Virus record (IMG/VR): IMGVR_UViG_3300026549_000032
Coordinates: 32,001 to 96,000 of that record
Length of the DNA: 64,000 nt
Reading direction: 5' to 3' (one strand)
Source: a virus
Lineage: Duplodnaviria; Caudoviricetes
In this document: piece by piece, positions 50,733 through 58,943 of the stretch
Position numbering within the stretch: position 1 is the first letter of the stretch
How the letters are laid out: each line of letters begins with the position of its first letter
Program-made: the position numbers and the translations under genes
Notes under the pieces: model-generated
The model's database searches: none
Told to the model about the DNA's origin: nothing
The model's input: the letters and a program-made list of their open reading frames with translations, nothing else

Positions 50733-50745
50733 ACATGTATAAGAA
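50733..50745 (-). promoter_or_regulatory. Promoter box TCTTA-TACA-TG abutting ATG
   Basis: Minus strand TTCTTATACATGT-ATG. Confidence 0.6.
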
Positions 50746-50751
50746 TTTCAT

Positions 50752-51336
50752 TCACAAGAGAGTGCCAAAAACAGAATATGTCACGTGATAGGAAAACATG
50801 GTGATCAAGTTATCTACTCCACCAAACCAATAAGGGTGTTTTGGGTGGAGAGTGAAAGGGTCTTGATCCAGTCTCCCCATGATATAATCAAAGAGCCGTC
50901 CCTCTATGTTTGGGCCTGCCGCTTTGAGCTGTTCTTCTTGGATTGGGCTAGGTTTAGCCATCTTCAGCCTCGACCTAACTCCTTCCATTGCGTTCTTATC
51001 AATAATCTCTATACTTCCAAAGTCCAACGAATTCACAAGAGTATTAAAGGATATGTACTTGTACTGAGGGATGGTAGGTTTAGTTCTGAGATTAATATAT
51101 CTCCTCTCCCGACCGGCTCTCTTAACTATATCCTCATAGAATTCCGTCATTCGGTAAAACTCTGGGCTTAGCTCACCAGTGTTTTTATTATATGTCCTTA
51201 ACCACATCTCCCATTCTTCTCGATTGGGGAGTAGGTCTCTGACATTATACACATTAGCTAATCTAATCCACGGTTTCTCTATTAAGATACTAAGTTGTTT
51301 AAAATCTCCGTGATTATAACTAAATACTATTACCAT
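50752..51336 (-). CDS. Hypothetical protein (194 aa)
   Basis: ORF preceded by CCTTATTTTTG box (canonical Bacteroidota TAnnTTTG). Confidence 0.65.
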   Translation of the reverse strand: MVIVFSYNHGDFKQLSILIEKPWIRLANVYNVRDLLPNREEWEMWLRTYNKNTGELSPEFYRMTEFYEDIVKRAGRERRYINLRTKPTIPQYKYISFNTLVNSLDFGSIEIIDKNAMEGVRSRLKMAKPSPIQEEQLKAAGPNIEGRLFDYIMGRLDQDPFTLHPKHPYWFGGVDNLITMFSYHVTYSVFGTLL

Positions 51337-51397
51337 ATATTACAAAAATAAGGGATTATTCGACCTTCACAGGCAAAATAATCCCAAAACGTCACCC

Positions 51398-51616
51398 TTA
51401 ATAACCTCTGACTTGTTTAAGTTCCTTCTTTAGGGCTTTATTTTCCTTCCGAAGGGATTCTATTTCTTCAGTCATTCGGTTAATCTTGTTACCGAGTTTC
51501 TCTATCCTATTGATCAGGCCCTTGATATTTTTCTCATTACCGAGGACCTTCTTCTGAATTGCATCGTCAGTCATGACAATTAATTTTAAGAGACGCCGCG
51601 TGGGCTGGGTAATCAT
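51398..51616 (-). CDS. Small coiled-coil protein
   Basis: Heptad pattern; likely start at MTDD. Confidence 0.55.
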   Translation of the reverse strand: MITQPTRRLLKLIVMTDDAIQKKVLGNEKNIKGLINRIEKLGNKINRMTEEIESLRKENKALKKELKQVRGY

Positions 51617-51624
51617 TGATGTTT

Positions 51625-51945
51625 CTATCTTTTTCTAAACTTAAAGGTGTTGTTAAAGACCAAGGTTCTCTCGGTCTGAAATTTAATTTTATATCTAATA
51701 GTATCTGGTTGGAGTTCTATTACCATGAAGATTGAATCCTCGATGATATCCCACCAGAGTATCTTTTCTCCTTCTACGTGGTCTCCTACCTCACCCGTCT
51801 TGTCAGAGGAGAAACTATAGTAGACTCCTTCATTACTGACCCACGTACCTAGGATCTTACTCGTTTTATCAGTAGGCTTTTGTTCTCTTATCTCCTGACA
51901 TGCAATCAGGAAAATTGCTGTTAGTAGTAATATTAGTTTTCTCAT
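51625..51945 (-). CDS. Lipoprotein, lipocalin-like/DUF5640-like
   Basis: Signal peptide with lipobox LIAC; 'ILGTW....Y.FSSD.TG'. Confidence 0.7.
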   Translation of the reverse strand: MRKLILLLTAIFLIACQEIREQKPTDKTSKILGTWVSNEGVYYSFSSDKTGEVGDHVEGEKILWWDIIEDSIFMVIELQPDTIRYKIKFQTERTLVFNNTFKFRKR

Positions 51946-52670
51946 CTAATTTCGAATAGTTCTAGTTCTGGAAGACACCTATACATTAAGTCTCCTATGT
52001 GTCCAGAGAATCTTGTATGATAGTGTCCGTAGATCCACCAAGAGGCGTTAGTCTCATAGAGAACTTCATCCAAGTATCGACGATCTGCTAATACTCTATC
52101 CCAAGTTTCATTCGTACAATCATTCGGTCGAATAGGAACAGGCTCGAAAGCGAACGGTGCTTCGTGGGAAAGAATTATATCTACTTTCGTCGGATGTGGG
52201 TCCTTTGAAGGAACTATGTTTTCGTCAGGCCACCAACATCTCTGAGACGATCCTAACCTGATATAGCGATCGTTATACCATCTCCTGGTTCTTCCCTTTC
52301 TATCAGGAGCATCTATATCTACTGAGGTTGCTCCGCCAATGGGGTATATCTTCTTCCCACATATCTCGATGACTTCATGGTCCTTAAGGAAGTGCAGTCT
52401 AGGGAAATCATGTGTTCCATCAAAGAAAGCCGGATCATCGTGGTTTCCTCTGAGAGCCCACACTACATTATTGTCCTTCTCTAAGCGCTTCTCTATCTTC
52501 TCATAGTTAACCTGCATAGAGTGTTTTCTACCGAAGCCGGCTCCGAAATCACCAACCACGATTATGTCAGAGTTCTTAAGACCCCACTTACATTGTATCA
52601 CATTGTATACAAGATACTTTAGTTCACCGTGGATATCTCCACAAATAAATAATGATCTTTTTTCTTCCAT
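51942..52670 (-). CDS. Metallophosphoesterase
   Basis: GDIHG, VGDFG, RGNHD, IGGATSVD, SHEAP, YGHYH. Confidence 0.9.
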   Translation of the reverse strand: MEEKRSLFICGDIHGELKYLVYNVIQCKWGLKNSDIIVVGDFGAGFGRKHSMQVNYEKIEKRLEKDNNVVWALRGNHDDPAFFDGTHDFPRLHFLKDHEVIEICGKKIYPIGGATSVDIDAPDRKGRTRRWYNDRYIRLGSSQRCWWPDENIVPSKDPHPTKVDIILSHEAPFAFEPVPIRPNDCTNETWDRVLADRRYLDEVLYETNASWWIYGHYHTRFSGHIGDLMYRCLPELELFEIR

Positions 52671-52735
52671 ATCACTTATAAGGCTGTTCTAACTTAAGGA
52701 TCGCGTTTTCACCAGGTGGGTAATCCTTATTAGAG
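52671..52735. promoter_or_regulatory. Divergent promoters around a central CGCG
   Basis: Minus strand: GCG-N21-TA-TAAG-TG-AT-ATG; plus strand: GCG-N22-TA in CCTTATTAGAG before clpP. Confidence 0.55.
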
Positions 52736-52744
52736 AGAAAATAT

Positions 52745-53443
52745 ATGAATATGAAAAAGAAATTTAATCTAAATGATTTTAGAGGATTCTTTAAAGCAGG
52801 GAATCCTGGCATGATGACTGCGTTCGATGATATTATGACGAAGAAAGAAGCTGTCCAAAGTCCATACATCCTGGAAGAAAGGGAAATGCACGTGACACAG
52901 ATGGATATCTTCTCTCGACTCATGGGAGAACGTCAAGTCTTCTTTGCCTCAGAGGTAGATGACTATTCGGCTAGTATTACAATAGCTCAGCTTTTGTACT
53001 TGGATAGTCAGTCGGACACAGACATAACTATGTACATCATGACTGGTGGTGGTAGTTGTAGTGCTGGTCTGGGAATATGTGATACGATGAACTTTATTAA
53101 GTCTGATATCAAGACGATCAATGTATCCATGGCTGCCTCTATGGGATCGCTCTTGCTTTCCTCGGGAACACGAGGTAAAAGATTTTCACTCCCCAATGCG
53201 TCGTGCCTTATTCACCAGCCCTTAATTGGAGGTGGTGGACTTAGTGGTCCGACAGCAGACATTATGATTGAAGCTAAGCAGATGGAACTCCTCCGGGAGC
53301 GTCTGTTCAGATATTTGGCTCAGAGAACGGGCCAACCTTACGAGAAGATCTTTGAGGATGCTAGACGAGATTTCTGGCTTAATGCTGAGGAATGTAAGAA
53401 GTATGGCATCATTGATGAGATTATCGAAACTAAGATGGATTAA
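52745..53443 (+). CDS. clpP: ATP-dependent Clp protease proteolytic subunit
   Basis: MDIFSRL..ER, AQLLYLD, AASMGS (Ser), LIHQP (His), RDFW (Asp), YGIIDEI. Confidence 0.95.
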   Translation: MNMKKKFNLNDFRGFFKAGNPGMMTAFDDIMTKKEAVQSPYILEEREMHVTQMDIFSRLMGERQVFFASEVDDYSASITIAQLLYLDSQSDTDITMYIMTGGGSCSAGLGICDTMNFIKSDIKTINVSMAASMGSLLLSSGTRGKRFSLPNASCLIHQPLIGGGGLSGPTADIMIEAKQMELLRERLFRYLAQRTGQPYEKIFEDARRDFWLNAEECKKYGIIDEIIETKMD

Positions 53444-53523
53444 TTCTGGCATTAGTTTTAGTTTGGTTTTAGGGAAAGACGGTCCGTGAGGATAGTTCTC
53501 CCTTTCTATTCTTAACATGAATT

Positions 53524-54372
53524 ATGTACAAGTACTATAAATGTAAAGATTTTGATTGGTACGGAAGCGACCAATTTAAGGTAGGTGACGATCCAGAAGA
53601 TAGAAACTTCGTGCTAGTGATCGGAGAAGAAAAGAGAGATTACTGGATTAAGTTACCTGGTGATAAAACTTTCCGACGAGTGAAGACGGAAGGTGGAGGT
53701 ATGTACAGTAGCGGGGATAACACGTCTTCGTACGGTCTTACTTGGGCCACTGAGAAGAAGTTCCTAGAAAGAGATAGCATTGGTAGATACTTCAGGAAAG
53801 GTGATAAGGTCATGTTCCAGAATAGTATTTTCCACTTCGATTTCTTTGAACCAACGGACGAGTACGACTTAGAGAAGGCGCCAAAGATAGACTTCCCACA
53901 AGATGTCTATTGGGCTCTTCGCCTTCTGAAGAAAAAGGATAACTCTGGGTACTTAGTATTGTACGACCAAACGTACTATGATCCAGTAGATCCGGATCCT
54001 TTCACAGATCCAAAACTGTGGACCCTGGATGGTGCAGTAGAGCTTGACCTAGCTTGTTCAAAGGTCACAAAGACATACAAAGTTGAGAATTACAGCACCT
54101 ACAAAGATGGTGGTACTATAGTAGTTAGTCTAGTGGACCCAGAGAGTGGTAAAAAGATGGAACTACTAAGTCCTAATCGCTTAGGGAATCCAGAAGAAAA
54201 CGGTACCGCTACAGTAGACGGAGAGGAAGTTTTCCTAAGACTTAGGGAAGAGGATGAAAAATACTTCCCTATTCTGAAAAAGATAGAGAAGGTACTTGGA
54301 ATTAGGTTTTATAGTGAGGAAGAGTATTATGAACACGAGCAGTTGTTACGAAAGCATAGAACCGGAGTATAA
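53524..54372 (+). CDS. Hypothetical protein (282 aa)
   Basis: ORF; 'YKDGGT' motif. Confidence 0.65.
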   Translation: MYKYYKCKDFDWYGSDQFKVGDDPEDRNFVLVIGEEKRDYWIKLPGDKTFRRVKTEGGGMYSSGDNTSSYGLTWATEKKFLERDSIGRYFRKGDKVMFQNSIFHFDFFEPTDEYDLEKAPKIDFPQDVYWALRLLKKKDNSGYLVLYDQTYYDPVDPDPFTDPKLWTLDGAVELDLACSKVTKTYKVENYSTYKDGGTIVVSLVDPESGKKMELLSPNRLGNPEENGTATVDGEEVFLRLREEDEKYFPILKKIEKVLGIRFYSEEEYYEHEQLLRKHRTGV

Positions 54373-54712
54373 TCCGAGAAGTCCAGATCGCCAGATGGCT
54401 TATAGGACAAAAAGTGTTCGTCTCTGGGGTGATCAGGTGGACAAAGAGCTGGTGGAAATTGAGAATGCCATCAATGAGATCCTAAAAGAAAATCCTGGCC
54501 TGACTAGAGAGGACATTACTCTCAGTACAGAAGCAGAACCGGAGGAATACGAGGATTGGTATAATGGAGTATTATCTCTTGGCTATTACACTCCCGAAAC
54601 AGATGAAGAGTGGAAGTGGAGACTAGAGAATATGGATCATGAAGTTAAAGAGCTCCGTAGACTCATGGCTCTTCATCCAGAGGAGGTAGAAAAATTTAAA
54701 AGTAGGACGTAA
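54329..54712 (+). CDS. Hypothetical acidic protein
   Basis: Start placed at ATG 54329; 'PETDEEW..RL' motif. Confidence 0.55.
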   Translation: MNTSSCYESIEPEYNPRSPDRQMAYRTKSVRLWGDQVDKELVEIENAINEILKENPGLTREDITLSTEAEPEEYEDWYNGVLSLGYYTPETDEEWKWRLENMDHEVKELRRLMALHPEEVEKFKSRT

Positions 54713-54716
54713 AATC

Positions 54717-55259
54717 CTACTTCTTTTTTGTTTCTTTGTCTAAGATCTTTAACATCTTAGGGAGCCTGTGTTCACCAGCCATATTCTTGACCAAGGTTGC
54801 AACACCTTTTTGATCTCTCATCGCCTGTACATAGAGAGGTTTTTCACTAGTTCCTCTTAATACAAGTTCCGAGATCTCATCCGTCCTACAGAAGTTCGTC
54901 TTAGCTACACACCAGATATTTAGATCAGGATGTAATAAGCCTTTCCCCCGAAGGTCACTCATTAAGTGCTCTCCCAAGCCAGACCATTCCACTCCATAAT
55001 CCCCTTTCAGTTTATAGAAGCTATCGAGTATAATAGTATCAAACTCGGCTAGGTTAATCTTAGCCAAGCAATCTAAGATACATGGGAGTTCTCTCTTATA
55101 GAATAGTCCGGGTTGATATGGTTCAAACTCCGTCGACCAGACAGTAATTACTTGGGAAGGAGCTTCGTCTGAGAAGTCATTAAAAACAACTCCAACAGTC
55201 CGAGCTTTTTCCTCCCCAAAGTAGTATGTATCGATGGCTATTTTATACATAACCTTCAA
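54717..55259 (-). CDS. nfi: Endonuclease V family protein
   Basis: AIDTYY, Y.PG.FYKRELPC, IILD, GLG.HL, VAKT.F, RG.S.KPLYV, M.G.HRLP..LK..D. Confidence 0.8.
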   Translation of the reverse strand: MKVMYKIAIDTYYFGEEKARTVGVVFNDFSDEAPSQVITVWSTEFEPYQPGLFYKRELPCILDCLAKINLAEFDTIILDSFYKLKGDYGVEWSGLGEHLMSDLRGKGLLHPDLNIWCVAKTNFCRTDEISELVLRGTSEKPLYVQAMRDQKGVATLVKNMAGEHRLPKMLKILDKETKKK

Positions 55260-55593
55260 TTACCTTGGCTCCAGTCAGGTCATAATCCTTTCCTTCGTAG
55301 GTAACTGATTTCTGGTCTTCGTCGATCTCGATGATGTCCATGATTGTCATGTAAGCAATTCCACCACAATCATCATCGTCCCAATCGTCTCCTTCTGAGT
55401 AGTCGTCATCCCAATCATCCTCATCGGAATCATAGTCGCACTCGTCATCGTCCCAATCTACGGGATCTGCCTGGAAGTGATCGGGATATTCATCCCTTAC
55501 AAAATAGCCAAACTCAGTATCATCTGGCTCATGATCACATTTAAAGACATAGATGTCTCGTGTTTTGTCACTTTCTGCGATTACTGCGTACAT
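55243..55593 (-). CDS. Small highly acidic protein (116 aa)
   Basis: Roughly one third or more D/E; three DWDDD repeats. Confidence 0.65.
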   Translation of the reverse strand: MYAVIAESDKTRDIYVFKCDHEPDDTEFGYFVRDEYPDHFQADPVDWDDDECDYDSDEDDWDDDYSEGDDWDDDDCGGIAYMTIMDIIEIDEDQKSVTYEGKDYDLTGAKVIEGYV

Positions 55594-55599
55594 TGTTGT

Positions 55600-56397
55600 T
55601 TAATTATTTAAGTTTATTATTGAAGCGGACTCTGTATTAATAGAACCAGTGCCCATCAAGTCAATCAACTTAAGATCACCAATCTCAGGGACTTCATAAT
55701 AGTCCTCCTCAGTTTCAGAGATTACAATATTAATAGCCTGCTCGCCCTTTGTATCATAGAGCATAAGTCGCCAACTCTCTTTGTAGTCATGGCTAAGCTT
55801 AAGCTGACCAATCCTGAACAAGAATAACTTCCCAGTATCATTGTAGGTATTGGGATCTTCCTCATCCTGGACAGTCTCTCGGACAGCAGCTACTATGTTC
55901 TTACCATACTGTAAGAGCTGTCTCTGATCTTTACCTGAACTCTCACTGATGGCTTTAATAGCACCAAAGGGGAGAGTTTTAGTTTCGTCCCAGAGAGAAT
56001 CAATCCTACCAAAAAACTTCTCCTCTTCAACAACGGCACAGTGGAGAGAATACGGCATGAATCTGTTCATCGTACTCTGAATACCCTGTCCCATAATGTC
56101 GAAGGTAAAGCCCTCAGGGATGATAATTTCTTCAATCTCTGTCTTATCCTCCTTTCCTTCCTCGTTCTCACTGAGGTAGTACTTAATGGTATAAGTCATT
56201 GTAGCGGGATTGTAATCATAGATATCTATGATGTGTGCCGTGGCGAAGGAATTCATCCAAGTACCGTCCTCCTTTCGTGTGTAGTGGATTCGAATAACCT
56301 CTCCTCCAATGTACTTCAGAAGATCTCCTCCCGTCGGCAACCACTTAGTATCACCGCTGTTGTAAGAATACTGTTTCTTAAATTGTTCTACTTTCAT
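55600..56397 (-). CDS. Hypothetical protein (265 aa)
   Basis: Coupled ORF. Confidence 0.65.
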   Translation of the reverse strand: MKVEQFKKQYSYNSGDTKWLPTGGDLLKYIGGEVIRIHYTRKEDGTWMNSFATAHIIDIYDYNPATMTYTIKYYLSENEEGKEDKTEIEEIIIPEGFTFDIMGQGIQSTMNRFMPYSLHCAVVEEEKFFGRIDSLWDETKTLPFGAIKAISESSGKDQRQLLQYGKNIVAAVRETVQDEEDPNTYNDTGKLFLFRIGQLKLSHDYKESWRLMLYDTKGEQAINIVISETEEDYYEVPEIGDLKLIDLMGTGSINTESASIINLNN

Positions 56398-56768
56398 ATT
56401 AAACCTTGTTTACTGAGTTGTATCTCAACTTGTCCCCAATCAATGTACGGTTTCTCTGACAAGTCTTGGTTATAAGTCAGAGGTGCTCCAAGTGCAGCAT
56501 CGTCTATGTAGAGATTTGCGTACACTTTCCTCGATTGTGTCCACCTGAACTGAGTGGGGTTGTTGTTAATCGCATACAGAGGAATTTCATTCAGCTCAAA
56601 CCACTTTCTGGCTGCTTCCTCGGTAGGCCCTGATCTCATTGTATGAAGGATAAGCTTATGTCCTTTCTCAACGAGTCGCTTAAGAATAGGAACGGCTCCT
56701 ATGTCTTTTCCTATTCTAGGATACTCATGTGTCACACAAGTACCGTCAAAATCAATTGCTATAAACAT
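56394..56768 (-). CDS. HAD-superfamily phosphatase (BT0820-like)
   Basis: IAIDFDGT, ILHTMR, RKVYANLYIDD; ATG at 56768 directly after the promoter box. Confidence 0.85.
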   Translation of the reverse strand: MFIAIDFDGTCVTHEYPRIGKDIGAVPILKRLVEKGHKLILHTMRSGPTEEAARKWFELNEIPLYAINNNPTQFRWTQSRKVYANLYIDDAALGAPLTYNQDLSEKPYIDWGQVEIQLSKQGLI

Positions 56769-56830
56769 ATTCACCTATAAGGTTGATGGGGGCCCAAAAA
56801 CGCAAAACCCTTGAAAATCTTAAGTATGAT
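56769..56830. promoter_or_regulatory. Divergent promoters, each abutting an ATG
   Basis: Minus strand: TTTTGCG-N21-TA-TAGG-TG-AAT-ATG; plus strand: TCTTA-AGTA-TG-AT-ATG(56831). Confidence 0.65.
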
Positions 56831-56920
56831 ATGAACAGAGTTTATTGTATAAATGAAATTGTTAATGGAATTTTATACAGGACTCGAGAGAATAAGACAG
56901 GACACGCTTTTGTAGTTTAA
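56831..56920 (+). CDS. Small ORF, 29 aa (MNRVYCINEIVNGILYRTRENKTGHAFVV)
   Basis: ATG sits exactly where the promoter box predicts a leaderless start. Confidence 0.45.
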   Translation: MNRVYCINEIVNGILYRTRENKTGHAFVV

Positions 56921-56922
56921 TA

Positions 56923-57033
56923 ATGTACAAAACACGAGATATAATTTCGGAAACTGATCCAAACTCAGTCAAAAGCACGACGAGTCTCAACCACAGTGAG
57001 ACAAAGTCATCTAACAACATTAATGTTTTATAA
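56923..57033 (+). CDS. Small Ser/Thr/Asn-rich ORF, 36 aa (MYKTRDIISETDPNSVKSTTSLNHSETKSSNNINVL)
   Basis: Starts 2 nt after the previous stop and ends 1 nt before ATG 57035. Confidence 0.35.
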   Translation: MYKTRDIISETDPNSVKSTTSLNHSETKSSNNINVL

Positions 57034-57034
57034 G

Positions 57035-58084
57035 ATGAACAAATTTCTGATCTACACCTCGAACCCGAAGATCATGCCTAAGTCAATGGCTGATATCGTG
57101 GAGTTCGCTAAGAATGAGCCGAAGTTCCGCATTGCTAATGTTGAGCTGAACACTCACCTGGCAAACGTCAAGGCTGGTGACCACATTGTGACCACCAAGG
57201 GTAACAACCTGTATGTCATCAAGGCATATCAGGATTCTCTCGAGAACCTTTCAGAAGAAGAGCGTACGTACATTGACACGCTCACGCGTGAGTACGCCAT
57301 GAAGAAGGTCAATATCACTGGTGTATCGAATGTTATTAAGTTCGAGAACTGGTGCAAAAGTGCTAAACCATTAATCAAGACAACAGAAAAAGAAGACAAG
57401 ATGAACAAGACGAATTCTATCAAGGGCTATGCTGCCCGCATCAAGGAGATGTTCATGCCTACTGAGGCTAAGGACATCCGCGTAGCAACCGACGGTAACC
57501 TGTGTGTTGCCACCAGTAATGGTTATGTGGCTATTGACGCCGCCAACAACCTGCTCTCGTATCCCGAGGAGTTCACTATCGACCTGCCCGTGTATATCAT
57601 TAGCAAGCCGAAGGAGCAGCTCAAGCCCGGTGATGTGATTGCACTGGAGCGCAGCTATGCCAAGGTCGTGAAGATCGAGGGTGACAAGATCACCGGTATC
57701 AGTTACACTGGTTCTGGTAAGACCATCCACCTGATCAAGGACGTTCTGTTCAACCAGGCTATGGTCCGCGTGGCCGTATCTCTCACCGGTTCAATCGGTG
57801 GTCAGATCAATCCCATGCTGCTGATGGCCCTGAACGACGACGACAAGAAGGATTCGCTCCTGCCTCTGCTCCTCATGAACCAGCAGGGTGGCGCCGTTGG
57901 CATGAACCCCATGCTGATGCTCGCTCTGGCAGGCAAGGAGGACGGTAAGTCTTCTCTGAAGGACCTGCTGATGATGTCTGCACTGACCGGCAACAACCTC
58001 TTCGGAGGCGCCGCATTCGGTGTTCAGGCACCTGCACAGGTAGTAGACGCTCCTGCCGAGGCTGAGGCTCCGGCTGCCGAGTAA
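57035..58084 (+). CDS. Probably highly expressed protein with C-terminal NPMLLMAL repeats
   Basis: Strong C/G-ending codon bias (AAG, CTG, AAC, GAG); 'INPMLLMAL', 'MNPMLMLAL'; likely start MNKFL at 57035. Confidence 0.75.
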   Translation: MNKFLIYTSNPKIMPKSMADIVEFAKNEPKFRIANVELNTHLANVKAGDHIVTTKGNNLYVIKAYQDSLENLSEEERTYIDTLTREYAMKKVNITGVSNVIKFENWCKSAKPLIKTTEKEDKMNKTNSIKGYAARIKEMFMPTEAKDIRVATDGNLCVATSNGYVAIDAANNLLSYPEEFTIDLPVYIISKPKEQLKPGDVIALERSYAKVVKIEGDKITGISYTGSGKTIHLIKDVLFNQAMVRVAVSLTGSIGGQINPMLLMALNDDDKKDSLLPLLLMNQQGGAVGMNPMLMLALAGKEDGKSSLKDLLMMSALTGNNLFGGAAFGVQAPAQVVDAPAEAEAPAAE

Positions 58085-58093
58085 AAAATGAAC

Positions 58094-58127
58094 GAGGGTA
58101 CTCTTACTGTGGTTAAGGGTACCTTTT
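58094..58127 (+). terminator. Stem-loop/terminator
   Basis: GAGGGTACTCTTA / TAAGGGTACCTTT pairing followed by T-rich sequence. Confidence 0.65.
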
Positions 58128-58151
58128 ACTTTCAATGTAAAACCAAACTAT

Positions 58152-58943
58152 ATGGACAATACGTTTAATTATCTCAATCTTTGCAGTATTTATAGAACAG
58201 AAGGATATGCCAACTATTCGTTAGGTAGCTATCCTTGTTTCGCAAAGACTCTCAATCGATGGGGCAACCATGATGCTAACAACGTTCAACGCGTGCATTA
58301 TGAGATCTACTTGATAAAAGGCTTAGATTCAATCAAAGCTAACAATAGAAATAATGCATGTCTCCTGAACAAGAAGGAGATTGAAGGCTGGCTTCAGATA
58401 GCTAAAACCTACCATCCATTCAAGTATAAACTGGAAAACAGTGAGTATAAGTTGGAAGGTAAGAAGTACGAAGCTTGGCGCTTGCACATCGATATGGAGG
58501 GTAATTATACTCAGCACAAGTGGATCTTGACATCCCTGCGTGGATTTTATGAATATCCGTTTAATATGTGGTTTATTGACGCACATCGCCTCAGGGCAAC
58601 GGATCCTCAGAAGTTCCGTGGAGAGTCTATCCTCAATCTCATGGAGACTATCATCTCATCATTCCCCAACAGTTATCAGACTGATCAGTCACTGCTCCTG
58701 CCTAATCGTCAGTTCCATAGCAAGAACTATGTGAAGAAGAAGATTGGTGAAGGAATCCAGTACATCACGAAGATCTACAACGAGGAAACAACGAGAGACT
58801 TTAAGCGAATTGCTGATGCAGGCGCCACTTGTCTCCACTCCTTCGATTGGTGGATGAATGAGGAGTCTTTTGCAGAACGAGCAAAGATCTATCATGAAAA
58901 TTACGATAAGATTAAGAAACAAACGAAGCCAGAAGCAGTATGA
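58152..58943 (+). CDS. Hypothetical protein heading the amidoligase cluster (263 aa)
   Basis: ATGA-coupled to the downstream glutamine amidotransferase. Confidence 0.65.
   Translation: MDNTFNYLNLCSIYRTEGYANYSLGSYPCFAKTLNRWGNHDANNVQRVHYEIYLIKGLDSIKANNRNNACLLNKKEIEGWLQIAKTYHPFKYKLENSEYKLEGKKYEAWRLHIDMEGNYTQHKWILTSLRGFYEYPFNMWFIDAHRLRATDPQKFRGESILNLMETIISSFPNSYQTDQSLLLPNRQFHSKNYVKKKIGEGIQYITKIYNEETTRDFKRIADAGATCLHSFDWWMNEESFAERAKIYHENYDKIKKQTKPEAV

Noticed and set aside
53505-53526. Promoter box before the 282-aa gene
   Set aside because: TCTTA-ACA-TG has 3-nt rather than 4-nt spacing; not counted as a motif instance
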